Source: Candidatus Enterousia sp. (GTDB lineage: Bacteria > Pseudomonadota > Alphaproteobacteria > Rs-D84). From it: a DNA stretch of 64,000 bases. The DNA lies in contig JAZLBV010000009.1 in the NCBI GenBank assembly GCA_045613925.1, positions 26,554 through 90,553 on the forward strand. The letters are read 5' to 3'. Below, one piece after another: positions 55,436-64,000 of the stretch. Both the position numbers and the translations under genes were made by a program. Position 1 is the first letter of the stretch. Each line of letters begins with the position of its first letter. The notes beneath the pieces were generated by a model that saw only the letters and a program-made list of their open reading frames with translations, had not been told where the DNA came from and did no database searches.

Positions 55436-56005
55436 TTATTTTTCTTCTGTGGCAACTTCTAATTTTTTACCATCACGACCAGCGATGATTTCAGCCACGC
55501 TTTTACCACGACGTGCAGCCACAGTCTTTGGCGAATTCATTTTTTCAAAAGCCAAAAACGCAGCACGAATCATATTGTTCGGATTATTTGAACCTTGAGA
55601 TTTCACAACAACGTCTTGAACGCCCAAACATTCAAACACTGCACGCAAAGCACCACCAGCAATGATACCAGTTCCAGGAACCGCACTACGCACGACCAAT
55701 TTGCTTGCGCCGTATTTCGCAGCGCTATCATGATGCAATGTACGACCTTCTTTCAAAGGAACACGAATCATTTTTGCTTTTGCTGCCTTGGTTGCTTTCT
55801 GAACAGCGGCCTGCACTTCCAATGCTTTACCTTTGCCAAATCCAACCAAACCAGATTTATCACCAACCACAACCAGCGCAGAGAACGACATATTGCGTCC
55901 ACCTTTCACTGTCTTAGAAACGCGGTTGATAGAAACTAATTTATCTACCAAATTATCTGTCTGTAATTTTTTATCATCAAAACGTGCCATTGTTTTTTGC
56001 TCCAT
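55436..56005 (-). CDS. rpsE: 30S ribosomal protein S5
   Basis: [24 protein letters not shown]...GTGIIAGG. The start may instead be the ATG at 55990 (MARFDD), which has a GGAG upstream. Confidence 0.92.
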   Translation of the reverse strand: MEQKTMARFDDKKLQTDNLVDKLVSINRVSKTVKGGRNMSFSALVVVGDKSGLVGFGKGKALEVQAAVQKATKAAKAKMIRVPLKEGRTLHHDSAAKYGASKLVVRSAVPGTGIIAGGALRAVFECLGVQDVVVKSQGSNNPNNMIRAAFLAFEKMNSPKTVAARRGKSVAEIIAGRDGKKLEVATEEK

Positions 56006-56008
56006 ATA

Positions 56009-56365
56009 TTAAATTTTCATTCCGTTTGCGCGCATAGAATCGCCCAAAGCTTTTACACGACCGTGATACAGATAACAACCACGATCAAAATAACAATTAT
56101 CTTTGATACCGGCCTTTGCTGCACGTTCTGCAAACATTTTGCCAACCATCTCAGCCCCAGCGATATTCCAACCTTTGCCTTTGAAATCTTTTTCTTTTGA
56201 CGATGCAGCGCACAGTGTGCAACCTTTTACATCATCAATAGCCTGAACTTCGATATGACGTCCGGAACGGAATACACACAAACGAATTTTTTCAGGATTC
56301 TTGCTTTTCAACGAACGGCGATTTGCCAATTTACGTCTTTCTTCAGAAGATAAATGTTTTAACAT
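56009..56365 (-). CDS. rplR: 50S ribosomal protein L18
   Basis: Start moved to the ATG at 56365 ([17 protein letters not shown]...), SD aagga. [14 protein letters not shown]...[15 protein letters not shown]. Confidence 0.92.
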   Translation of the reverse strand: MLKHLSSEERRKLANRRSLKSKNPEKIRLCVFRSGRHIEVQAIDDVKGCTLCAASSKEKDFKGKGWNIAGAEMVGKMFAERAAKAGIKDNCYFDRGCYLYHGRVKALGDSMRANGMKI

Positions 56366-56384
56366 TTTATTTTTCCTTTGTTTC

Positions 56385-56406
56385 AATTCCCGTAACAGCG
56401 GGAATT
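56385..56406 (-). promoter_or_regulatory. Conserved intergenic hairpin (copy 1) between rplF and rplR
   Basis: aattcccg-taacag-cgggaatt, 8-bp stem. Flanks are also similar to the copy at 58341-58360. Confidence 0.6.
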
Positions 56407-56417
56407 ATATTATTTTA

Positions 56418-56969
56418 TTATTTCTTTTTGCCTTCTTTACGACGGACATATTCGTCTTTATAGAAGATACCTTTACCTTTATACGGATCAGCTTTGCGAA
56501 TTTTGTGAATTTTGTCAGCAAACTGACCCAATAAATTCTTGTCTATGCCAGAAATTGTAAATTCCGTTGGTGTTTCACCCATAACAACAGTCAAACCCGC
56601 TGGTATATGCATAACAACATCGTGTGAGAAACCAACAACCAATGTGAAAACATCACCTTTGACCGATGCCTTATAACCAACACCTTTCATGTACATAGAT
56701 TTAGAAAAACCTTCTGTCACACCTTTGACCGCAGATTTAATATTACGCGCCATAGTTCCCCACATAGCACGCGAAGCTTTGTCTTCTGCATCTTTTGGTG
56801 TAATAACAATATTAGCATCTTCAATTTTAACATCAACCAAACCGGCATTCTTAGTATCCAAAGCTACCTTCAATTCGCCCTTTGGTCCCTTAACAATTAT
56901 GGCATTGTCAATCATTTCAACCGACACACCATTTTTAATTTCTACTGGATATTTTCCTGCACGAGACAT
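56418..56969 (-). CDS. rplF: 50S ribosomal protein L6
   Basis: MSRAGKYPVEIKNGVSV... and duplicated L6 domain pattern. Confidence 0.93.
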   Translation of the reverse strand: MSRAGKYPVEIKNGVSVEMIDNAIIVKGPKGELKVALDTKNAGLVDVKIEDANIVITPKDAEDKASRAMWGTMARNIKSAVKGVTEGFSKSMYMKGVGYKASVKGDVFTLVVGFSHDVVMHIPAGLTVVMGETPTEFTISGIDKNLLGQFADKIHKIRKADPYKGKGIFYKDEYVRRKEGKKK

Positions 56970-56984
56970 AACAAATTCCTTTGA

Positions 56985-57383
56985 TTAAATAACTTTGCAT
57001 AACACTTCGCCACCGACATTCATCAAACGAGCTTTGTGATCTGTCATAACACCATTAGGTGTGGAAACAATAGCGATACCCAACCCATTCAACACGCGTG
57101 GCATCTTTGCACAACCAGAATATACACGGCGTCCCGGTTTAGACACTGTAGTAATCTCTTGAATTGCACCATTACCATTAACATATTTTAATTCAACGAT
57201 TAAATTCGCACGCTTTTCATCAAGTTGTTCTTTGCGAAAATCTGTTATGAAACCTTCGTCTTTCAAAACAGACAAAACTGCAGCACGCAATTTGCTGTTT
57301 GGAACAGTGACGAATTCTTTTCCTGCATTCTGACCATTGCGAATGCGGGTAATCATATCTCCGATTGGATGTGATAATGACAT
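56985..57383 (-). CDS. rpsH: 30S ribosomal protein S8
   Basis: SHPIGDMITRIRNGQ..., C-terminal GGEVLCKVI. Confidence 0.95.
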   Translation of the reverse strand: MSLSHPIGDMITRIRNGQNAGKEFVTVPNSKLRAAVLSVLKDEGFITDFRKEQLDEKRANLIVELKYVNGNGAIQEITTVSKPGRRVYSGCAKMPRVLNGLGIAIVSTPNGVMTDHKARLMNVGGEVLCKVI

Positions 57384-57457
57384 ATTTTACTCCTTATATT
57401 CGCAGGATAAACCTGCACTTGGGCTGCATTGTCCACAGCTTGCATTTTGTTAAACGA

Positions 57458-57760
57458 TTACCAACTGGATTTGCGAACACCTGGCAATTTACCTTCAGAA
57501 GCCTGTGTACGAACCTGTTGACGGCACAAACCAAACATTCTGAAAAATCCGCGTGCACGCCCAGTTACAGAACAGCGATTATGCAAACGTGTTGGATTTG
57601 CATTACGTGGCAACTTTGCCAACTTTTTCATAGCATCCATACGTTCTTCAGGTGTTGCATTGCGAGACATTTTCTCTTTAAGCGCAGCACGTTTCGCAGC
57701 ATACTTTTTAACTTGCTTTGCACGTCTTTCGTTTTTATTTATCAGTGCTAATTTAGCCAT
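57458..57760 (-). CDS. rpsN: 30S ribosomal protein S14 (long, non-zinc form)
   Basis: MAKLALINKNERRAKQVKKYAAKRAALK...RNRC..TGRARGFFRMFGLCR...GVRKSSW. Confidence 0.93.
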   Translation of the reverse strand: MAKLALINKNERRAKQVKKYAAKRAALKEKMSRNATPEERMDAMKKLAKLPRNANPTRLHNRCSVTGRARGFFRMFGLCRQQVRTQASEGKLPGVRKSSW

Positions 57761-57775
57761 TTTTCTTTCCTTATA

Positions 57776-58321
57776 TTATTTCAAAACCAATGGCAAGCCG
57801 ATTTTTGTCAGCAATGCGCGGGCTTCATCATCTGTTTTTGCTGTTGTAACGATAACAATATCCATACCACGGATAGCATCAATCTTATCAACAGAAATTT
57901 CTGGGAATATCAAATGTTCTTTGATACCAAACGCATAATTTCCACGACCATCAAATTTAGATTTTGACAATCCACGAAAATCCTTAACACGTGGCAAAGC
58001 CACTGTAATCAATTTGTCTAAGAAATCATACATTCTTTTACCACGAAGTGTAACTTTGGCACCAATCGCCTGACCTTCACGTAAACGATATGTAGCGATG
58101 GATTTCTTCGCGTGTGTAATTATACATTTCTGTGCTGCAATCGCGGTCAAATCGGTTGCTGCAGAATCCAATTTCTTTTTATCAGACACAGCTTCCCCAA
58201 CGCCCATATTCAAAACGATTTTAGACAATTTAGGAACTGCGAATTTATTTTTGTACCCGAATTCTTTAACCAATTCAGGAACAATATTTTTTTCATAAAT
58301 ATCACGCAATCTGCTTTGCAT
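57776..58321 (-). CDS. rplE: 50S ribosomal protein L5
   Basis: Start moved to the ATG at 58321 ([25 protein letters not shown]...). Confidence 0.93.
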   Translation of the reverse strand: MQSRLRDIYEKNIVPELVKEFGYKNKFAVPKLSKIVLNMGVGEAVSDKKKLDSAATDLTAIAAQKCIITHAKKSIATYRLREGQAIGAKVTLRGKRMYDFLDKLITVALPRVKDFRGLSKSKFDGRGNYAFGIKEHLIFPEISVDKIDAIRGMDIVIVTTAKTDDEARALLTKIGLPLVLK

Positions 58322-58340
58322 TTTTTTGCCTTTTATTTTC

Positions 58341-58360
58341 AATTCCGTAACAGCGGAATT
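58341..58360 (-). promoter_or_regulatory. Conserved intergenic hairpin (copy 2) between rplX and rplE
   Basis: aattccg-taacag-cggaatt, 7-bp stem, with the same loop and similar flanks as 56385-56406. Confidence 0.6.
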
Positions 58361-58366
58361 ATTACA

Positions 58367-58669
58367 TTAAATTTCTGTCCCAGATTTTTTTGAAACGCGA
58401 ACTTTCTTATCACCAGAAACCTTATAACCAACACGTGTTGGCTTTTTAGTTTTCGGGTCTACCAATGCAACATTAGAAACGTGGATTGGTGCTTCGCGAT
58501 CAACAATATGACCTGGTTGTTCTTGTGTTGGTTTGATGTGCCATTTATGACGGTTCACACCTTCGACAACAACGCGGGACTCTTCTGGACGTGCTTGTAA
58601 TACTTTACCTTTGACGCCTTTGTATTTTCCCGAAATAACTACGACTTCGTCGCCTTTCTTGATTTTCAT
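58367..58669 (-). CDS. rplX: 50S ribosomal protein L24
   Basis: Start moved to the ATG at 58669 ([23 protein letters not shown]...). Confidence 0.93.
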   Translation of the reverse strand: MKIKKGDEVVVISGKYKGVKGKVLQARPEESRVVVEGVNRHKWHIKPTQEQPGHIVDREAPIHVSNVALVDPKTKKPTRVGYKVSGDKKVRVSKKSGTEI

Positions 58670-58702
58670 ATTTTCGCCTTTTATCTTAATAGTCAAAAGT
58701 AC

Positions 58703-59077
58703 TTATATTACCTCCGGAGCCAAAGACACTATCTTCTGAACGTCATATTTACGACGAACTTCACGTGCAATTGGTCCAAAAATACGAGTTCCAATTGGTT
58801 CAAAATTGTTTTTATTAATCAAAACAACTGCGTTATCATCAAAACGAATAATAGATCCGTCTGGACGTTTTACCGGGAATTTTGTTCTTACGATAATAGC
58901 GCGCTGAACAGTTCCCTTTTGAACCTTGCCACGTGGAATGGCATCTTTAATAGCGACAACGATTTTATCGCCCACAGTTGCATAACGGCGGTGAGAACCA
59001 CCCAAAACCTTGATGCACATCGCTTTGCGCGCACCAGAGTTATCTGCAACAGTCATAACTGTTTCATTTTGTATCAT
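58703..59077 (-). CDS. rplN: 50S ribosomal protein L14
   Basis: [27 protein letters not shown]... Confidence 0.95.
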   Translation of the reverse strand: MIQNETVMTVADNSGARKAMCIKVLGGSHRRYATVGDKIVVAIKDAIPRGKVQKGTVQRAIIVRTKFPVKRPDGSIIRFDDNAVVLINKNNFEPIGTRIFGPIAREVRRKYDVQKIVSLAPEVI

Positions 59078-59190
59078 AACTTTTTTCCTTAATCCTGCAA
59101 ATGGGGCAATCCCCCACCGCTTTGTTAACGGGTTTCGACTGTTTTGAATTTAAGAAAAAATCAAAACCTCAAAAAACCCAACCATAAAAA

Positions 59191-59457
59191 CTAGTCAACA
59201 TTAACAGAAGTGTCTTTGCTGACCCCAACACGACCCTTTACAATCCAAGATTTTGTTTTGGATATAGGGCGATGTTCTTCAATAGCAACGATTTCACCAA
59301 CTTTGTATTCGTTGTTTTCATCGTGTGCCTTGTATTTTTTATTCTGCTTAACGAACTTTCCATACAACGGATGACGGAAACGACGTTCAACTTCTACAAC
59401 GACAGTTTTATCATTCGCCACACTTTTCACAGTTCCTTGCAGTATACGTCTTGGCAT
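59191..59457 (-). CDS. rpsQ: 30S ribosomal protein S17
   Basis: [34 protein letters not shown]... Confidence 0.93.
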   Translation of the reverse strand: MPRRILQGTVKSVANDKTVVVEVERRFRHPLYGKFVKQNKKYKAHDENNEYKVGEIVAIEEHRPISKTKSWIVKGRVGVSKDTSVNVD

Positions 59458-59530
59458 AACTTTTGTCCTTATTTTTCTTACTTTTCGGCCTTTGATTTTA
59501 CACTAAAAAAACCAAAAGTCAAAGATTTAG

Positions 59531-59734
59531 TTATTTATCCGCATTCAACTTCGTTTTTACACGTGCAATTTCACGGCGAGTTTTACGCAAAACGTGGGTT
59601 TTTGGTAATTGACCCGCAGCCAGTTGAAAACGTTGATTCATTTGTTCTTTCTTCAAATCAACCAATTTACTTTGCAAAGCTTCTTTGGTCAAAGCATCTT
59701 TATCGGCTGTTTTTTTCACTTTTTTTTCTGCCAT
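59531..59734 (-). CDS. rpmC: 50S ribosomal protein L29
   Basis: 67 aa, L..EL..KL.DLKKE..N.RFQ pattern, in the conserved position between rplP and rpsQ. Confidence 0.88.
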   Translation of the reverse strand: MAEKKVKKTADKDALTKEALQSKLVDLKKEQMNQRFQLAAGQLPKTHVLRKTRREIARVKTKLNADK

Positions 59735-59758
59735 AATCTTAACCTTTTTTGCACTGTC

Positions 59759-60172
59759 TTAGTTTACTTTGCGTTCTACAACTTTTGTTTTAACTGGCAA
59801 TTTTGCAGATGCTAACGCAAACGCTTCATATGCGACTTCAGGTTTAACACCATCCAATTCAAACATAATGCGTCCTGGTTTAACACGGCAAATCCAGTAT
59901 TCAACGGCACCTTTACCTTTACCCATACGAACACCACCTGGCTTTGATGTCACAGGAACATCTGGGAAAATACGAATCCATAATTTACCCATACGTTTCA
60001 TATGACGCGTAATGGCACGACGAGCGGCTTCTATCTGACGAGCAGTCACACGTTCCGGCGACATTGCTCTTAATCCAAACGAACCAAACGCCAATTCACT
60101 TCCACCTTTGGTAACCCCGTGAATACGACCTTTGTGCTGTTTGCGAAATTTTGTTTTATTTGGCATTAACAT
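59759..60172 (-). CDS. rplP: 50S ribosomal protein L16
   Basis: Start at the ATG at 60172 ([16 protein letters not shown]...). Confidence 0.94.
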   Translation of the reverse strand: MLMPNKTKFRKQHKGRIHGVTKGGSELAFGSFGLRAMSPERVTARQIEAARRAITRHMKRMGKLWIRIFPDVPVTSKPGGVRMGKGKGAVEYWICRVKPGRIMFELDGVKPEVAYEAFALASAKLPVKTKVVERKVN

Positions 60173-60188
60173 AATAAACACCTTTTAA

Positions 60189-60890
60189 TTATTTGCTTTT
60201 CTTTTCGCTGCTGCCGGCATATTCAGTCGGACGCGCCATTTCAGACGCCAGCTTTTCTTTGTTCACAACATCACCAGTGTAAATCCAAACTTTTACGCCG
60301 ATAACACCATATGTTGTTTTTGCTTGGATTGCCGCATAGTCAATATCTGCACGCAATGTATGAAGCGGAATACGACCTTCGCGAATTTGTTCGCTGCGCG
60401 CAATTTCTGCACCATTCAAACGACCAGAACACATAACTTTGATACCTTGGGCACCTGCTTTCTGAGCATTTTGAACAGCTTTCTTCATTGCACGTTTGAA
60501 CGAAACACGACCTTCGATTTGTTGTGCGATATTTTGTGCAACCAGTTGTGCATTCAAATCTGGGCGGCGAACTTCATAGATATTAACAACAACTTGGTCA
60601 TTTTTAACCAATTTCTTAATATCGTTGCGCAACGCTTCGATATCTGCACCATTTTTACCAATAATCATACCCGGACGAGATGTGTGGATGGTAACAACCA
60701 CCTTCTTAGCAAAACGTTCGATAACGACCTTGGCCAATCCTGCTTTCTTTAATTTCTTTTCAACGAATTTACGGATTTTTACATCTTCTGCCAACAGAAT
60801 TGCATAATCTTTTTTACCTGCAATCCAGCGAGAATCAGTAATTTTATTTATAAATTCGCGTAATGAAATTGGTGATACTTTTTGTCCCAT
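60189..60890 (-). CDS. rpsC: 30S ribosomal protein S3
   Basis: [11 protein letters not shown]..., KH domain, [10 protein letters not shown]. Confidence 0.95.
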   Translation of the reverse strand: MGQKVSPISLREFINKITDSRWIAGKKDYAILLAEDVKIRKFVEKKLKKAGLAKVVIERFAKKVVVTIHTSRPGMIIGKNGADIEALRNDIKKLVKNDQVVVNIYEVRRPDLNAQLVAQNIAQQIEGRVSFKRAMKKAVQNAQKAGAQGIKVMCSGRLNGAEIARSEQIREGRIPLHTLRADIDYAAIQAKTTYGVIGVKVWIYTGDVVNKEKLASEMARPTEYAGSSEKKSK

Positions 60891-60907
60891 TTTTCTTTAC
60901 CCCATTT

Positions 60908-61303
60908 TTATTTTGTTTCTTTCTTATTTTGTTTTTTTTCAGGAGCCACCCCAGATTCCAAAACAATTGTCAAATTAGAAAATGGTTTCAAAATTGGACG
61001 AGCACTTCCACGAGGTCCCGGCATAATACGTTTCATAGTTAACGCTTTGCCACACCAGATTTCTTTGATGAACAAAGTATCCACAGGCAAATTTTTATTG
61101 TGTTCTGCATTTGCAACCGCAGACAACAATGTTTTCAAAACTTCACCAGCAACACGCTTTTTTGAAAATTTCAAAACGTCAACCGCACGGTCAACTGGCA
61201 AGCCGCGAACCATATCACAAACCAGATTTAATTTCTGGTGGCTGATGCGAATCATTTTATTGAACGCACGAACCTGATTGTCTTTTATTCCATATCTTGT
61301 CAT
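60908..61303 (-). CDS. rplV: 50S ribosomal protein L22
   Basis: RISHQKLNLVCDMVRG..V..A...L.FS.K pattern and conserved position. Confidence 0.92.
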   Translation of the reverse strand: MTRYGIKDNQVRAFNKMIRISHQKLNLVCDMVRGLPVDRAVDVLKFSKKRVAGEVLKTLLSAVANAEHNKNLPVDTLFIKEIWCGKALTMKRIMPGPRGSARPILKPFSNLTIVLESGVAPEKKQNKKETK

Positions 61304-61315
61304 AATTAACCTACC

Positions 61316-61594
61316 TTATTTTGCTGCTGCTTTCTTGTTTGCTGCGTGACCTTTGAAAGTACGCGTTGGTGCAAATTCACCCAATTTATGTCCAATCATG
61401 TCTTCTACGATTGACACAGGAACAAATTTATTACCATTATGAACTTCAAACGTCAAACCAACCATAGGTGGCACAATCGTGCTGCCTCTGGACCAAGTTT
61501 TAATAGGTTTATGATCATTCTTTTCAATCGCAACCGCAACCTTTTTCAAGATAGACGGATGAACATAAGGACCTTTCCATACTGAACGAGACAT
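61316..61594 (-). CDS. rpsS: 30S ribosomal protein S19
   Basis: [11 protein letters not shown]...[19 protein letters not shown]. Confidence 0.95.
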   Translation of the reverse strand: MSRSVWKGPYVHPSILKKVAVAIEKNDHKPIKTWSRGSTIVPPMVGLTFEVHNGNKFVPVSIVEDMIGHKLGEFAPTRTFKGHAANKKAAAK

Positions 61595-61607
61595 TTATAC
61601 ACTCCTA

Positions 61608-62441
61608 TTATTTCTTCTTTGCCAAATGTCTGCTGCGAATAATCATCTTTGCAGTACGTTTATTGCTACGCGTACGATATCCCTTGGCTGGAATACCTGT
61701 GCGAGATACAGGTTCATGTCCTTTGGAATGACCATTACCACCACCCATCGGGTGATCGTTAGGATTCATTGCCATACCACGTGTAGATGGGCGAATACCC
61801 AACCAACGCGCACGACCCGCTTTACCTAAATTGACATTACGTTGCTCAGGGTTAGAAACACTGCCAACCGTTGCCAAACATTCAGAATGAACTTTGCGTA
61901 ATTCACCGCTATTCATTTTAATCTGGGCATACACACCATCTTTACCCATTAATTGAGCATAACAACCTGCACTACGTGCCAATTGACCACCAGCACCAGG
62001 TTTCAACTCAACATTATGCACAATCGTTCCGATTGGCATATTTTTCAATGGCATCGCATTACCTGGTTTAATATCTTCACGTGTTCCAGAAATCACAACA
62101 TCACCTGGTTTCAAATCACGTGGTGCCAAGATATACGAACGCACACCATCTTTGTATTCAATCAATGCAATAAATGCAGTACGATTTGGATCATATTCCA
62201 AACGAACTACTGTTGCAGGAATATCTTTCTTTTTACGGTCAAAATCAATCAAACGATATTTACGTTTATGTCCCCCACCCTGATGCGGAACTGTAACGTG
62301 ACCAAAATTATTACGTCCACCCTTGGACTTTAAACCAACAGTCAAAGACTTTTCCGGCGCACCCTTGTGCAATTCACTGTGGTCAATCAAAGTCAAACCA
62401 CGTGTTCCCGGTGTTGTTGGCTTGTAATGTTTTAATGCCAT
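61608..62441 (-). CDS. rplB: 50S ribosomal protein L2
   Basis: [15 protein letters not shown]..., [20 protein letters not shown]. Confidence 0.96.
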   Translation of the reverse strand: MALKHYKPTTPGTRGLTLIDHSELHKGAPEKSLTVGLKSKGGRNNFGHVTVPHQGGGHKRKYRLIDFDRKKKDIPATVVRLEYDPNRTAFIALIEYKDGVRSYILAPRDLKPGDVVISGTREDIKPGNAMPLKNMPIGTIVHNVELKPGAGGQLARSAGCYAQLMGKDGVYAQIKMNSGELRKVHSECLATVGSVSNPEQRNVNLGKAGRARWLGIRPSTRGMAMNPNDHPMGGGNGHSKGHEPVSRTGIPAKGYRTRSNKRTAKMIIRSRHLAKKK

Positions 62442-62504
62442 TTTTTTTACCTTTGTTTATGTCTTGACACTAATACCCGAAGATACAGGTTCTCTGTCAA
62501 AACG

Positions 62505-62834
62505 TTATTTTATATCTGCTGACAAATCCAAATTTGCATCTGCCGGCAAAGATACGTATGCTTTTTTAACCTTACGTTGTGTTCCAGTGCTACGACCACG
62601 GAAAGTCTTTACTTTACCTTTGGTAATAACAATATTAATTTTTGTTGGTTTAACGTTGAATAATACTTCAACCGCTTTGGCAACATCTTCTTTGGTTGCA
62701 GACATTGCAACTTCGAACACAACACCATTGCTTTCGGATAACTTTGCAGCCTTTTCCGAAATGATTGGACGGCGCAATACATCATATGTATTGGCAGTCG
62801 CAACTAATTTCTTTTCAACTTTTTTTTCTGCCAT
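62505..62834 (-). CDS. rplW: 50S ribosomal protein L23
   Basis: YDVLRRPIISEKA... and conserved position between rplD and rplB. Confidence 0.9.
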   Translation of the reverse strand: MAEKKVEKKLVATANTYDVLRRPIISEKAAKLSESNGVVFEVAMSATKEDVAKAVEVLFNVKPTKINIVITKGKVKTFRGRSTGTQRKVKKAYVSLPADANLDLSADIK

Positions 62835-62850
62835 ATCTTCAAACCTTTAA

Positions 62851-63480
62851 TTAAGCCAATCTCGCTTCCACAGCTTTAACTGCATCTGCTGTCAAAACCA
62901 ATTTTTCGTGCTTCAAGATATCCAGAACATTCAAACCAATTGTTGGCAAAACGTCAACATTGATAATATTCGCAGCAGATTTCTTGAAATTTTCATCCAA
63001 TTCTTTGGCCCCAACAAACAAAGCAGAACCAATGTTCATTTTCTTTAATTGTTTTGCCAAAGTGTTTGTCTTAGCAGCTTTCATTTTTTCACTATCGATA
63101 ACAATCAAAGAACCATCTTTGACCTTTGAAGACAAAGCCATTTTCAAACCCAAGCTACGTATTTTCTTTGGTAAATCGATACCGTGATCACGAACAACAG
63201 GACCGTGAACCACACCACCGCCACGCATATGAACATTGTATCTTTCACCTTGACGTGCGTTTCCTGTTTTCTTTTGTTTAAATGCTTTTTTACCACTTCC
63301 TGCGACATCAGACACAGTTTTCACTGCGTGAGTCCCAGCACGCGCATTTGCACGTTGCCATACCACAACACGGTGCAAAATGTCTGCACGTGGATCAATT
63401 CCAAAGATGCTGTCTTGCAATTCTACTTTTCCGACAGATTTGCCATCTAAATTTAAAATATCTACTTGCATTTTATTCAC
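62851..63480 (-). CDS. rplD: 50S ribosomal protein L4
   Basis: ...KTVSDVAGSGKKAFKQKKTGNARQG....HMRGGGVVHGP. Confidence 0.93.
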   Translation of the reverse strand: MNKMQVDILNLDGKSVGKVELQDSIFGIDPRADILHRVVVWQRANARAGTHAVKTVSDVAGSGKKAFKQKKTGNARQGERYNVHMRGGGVVHGPVVRDHGIDLPKKIRSLGLKMALSSKVKDGSLIVIDSEKMKAAKTNTLAKQLKKMNIGSALFVGAKELDENFKKSAANIINVDVLPTIGLNVLDILKHEKLVLTADAVKAVEARLA

Positions 63481-63494
63481 CTTATATTGTGTCG

Positions 63495-64000
63495 TTATGC
63501 TTGTTCAGCTTCATTAACTGTTTCATTGGATTCAACTGCAGCATTATTCACAGTCGGCACAGGCAAATTTTCCTGAACTTTCTTAACTGCATCAGAAACC
63601 AAAACAAATGTCCCATTGCTACCTGGAACTGCGCCCTCTACATAAATCAGATTTTCAGCTGCATCTGTTCCAAAAACTTTCAAATTTTGAACTGTCACAG
63701 TTTCATTTCCCATCTGACCGGACATCTTTTTACCTTTTAACACACGACCTGGCCATTCGCGCATACCTGTACCACCAAGTGAACGATGCGCCTTTAAAAC
63801 ACCGTGAGTTGCTTCTTTACCACCAAAATTATGGCGTTTCATAGCACCCTGAAAACCTTTACCCTTGCTGGTCGCTTGAACATCGACATATTGACCGGCA
63901 ATAAAATGTGTGGCAGACAACTGTGTCCCAACAGGTATAACACAATCATCAGAAACGCGGAATTCTACAACCTTACGATAAGGTTTTACCCCCGCTTTTT
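63495..64000 (-). CDS. rplC: 50S ribosomal protein L3, C-terminal part (5' end outside window)
   Basis: FIAGQYVDVQATSKGKGFQGAMKRHNFGG...HRSLGGTG...PGRV.KGKKM.G.MG. The reading frame stays open to the window edge. Confidence 0.9.
   Translation of the reverse strand, partial: KAGVKPYRKVVEFRVSDDCVIPVGTQLSATHFIAGQYVDVQATSKGKGFQGAMKRHNFGGKEATHGVLKAHRSLGGTGMREWPGRVLKGKKMSGQMGNETVTVQNLKVFGTDAAENLIYVEGAVPGSNGTFVLVSDAVKKVQENLPVPTVNNAAVESNETVNEAEQA

Noticed and set aside
1-64000. Searched for CRISPR arrays, rRNA genes, IS transposases and additional tRNAs.
   Set aside because: I saw no regularly spaced direct repeats with unique spacers, no rRNA-like segments and no transposase-like ORFs. Only one convincing cloverleaf was found (tRNA-Gln at 10616-10689). 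A GGTTCGAAT-like word at about 10337-10345 does not fold into a tRNA.

Overview
AT-rich bacterial chromosomal window. I infer an alphaproteobacterium because it has a clear CcrM-type adenine methyltransferase, CarD/CdnL, NrdR and a BamE-like lipoprotein. A pyruvate:ferredoxin oxidoreductase suggests an anaerobic or host-associated lifestyle. The housekeeping backbone is groES-groEL, ssb, carD, nifJ, infA, clpX-clpP, pgk, rnhB, nrdR, ccrM, and a long minus-strand ribosomal-protein/secY/rpoA cluster (rplC to rplQ, 49.5-64 kb). The main finding is a set of large exported cysteine-rich proteins interspersed with these core genes. (i) Four clear paralogues, 731-1017 aa, share a near-invariant N-terminal block C-x-D-x-Y-x2-C-M-D-x-F-C-x9-C-x-C-S. 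Three lie at 25.5-33.1 kb and one at 46.3-49.3 kb. (ii) Two further Cys-rich proteins carry glycine-zipper hydrophobic segments (12.9-14.9 kb and 43.1-45.0 kb). (iii) A CxxC-repeat protein is inserted between rpsK and rpoA. By coordinates these genes cover about 15 kb, roughly a quarter of the window, and I cannot assign them to a characterised family. The second notable locus is 3.4-10.7 kb. It holds two autotransporter-type adhesins flanking an orphan small serine recombinase. Next to them is a tRNA-Gln(CUG) whose 3' end is duplicated inside an 89-bp near-identical direct repeat. That repeat brackets an orphan radical-SAM gene, which is itself flanked by a perfect 16-bp inverted repeat and followed by a 47-codon Cys-containing ORF. 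Other observations are a G7 homopolymer at the 3' end of the longest Cys-rich gene with a Gly/Ser-rich continuation one frame over, a conserved hairpin element before both rplR and rplE, missing rpmD/adk/rpmJ, and a DSPY variant of the CcrM DPPY motif. No rRNA, CRISPR array or transposase was seen. All functional calls rest on motif and sequence recognition by eye, and no database search was run.
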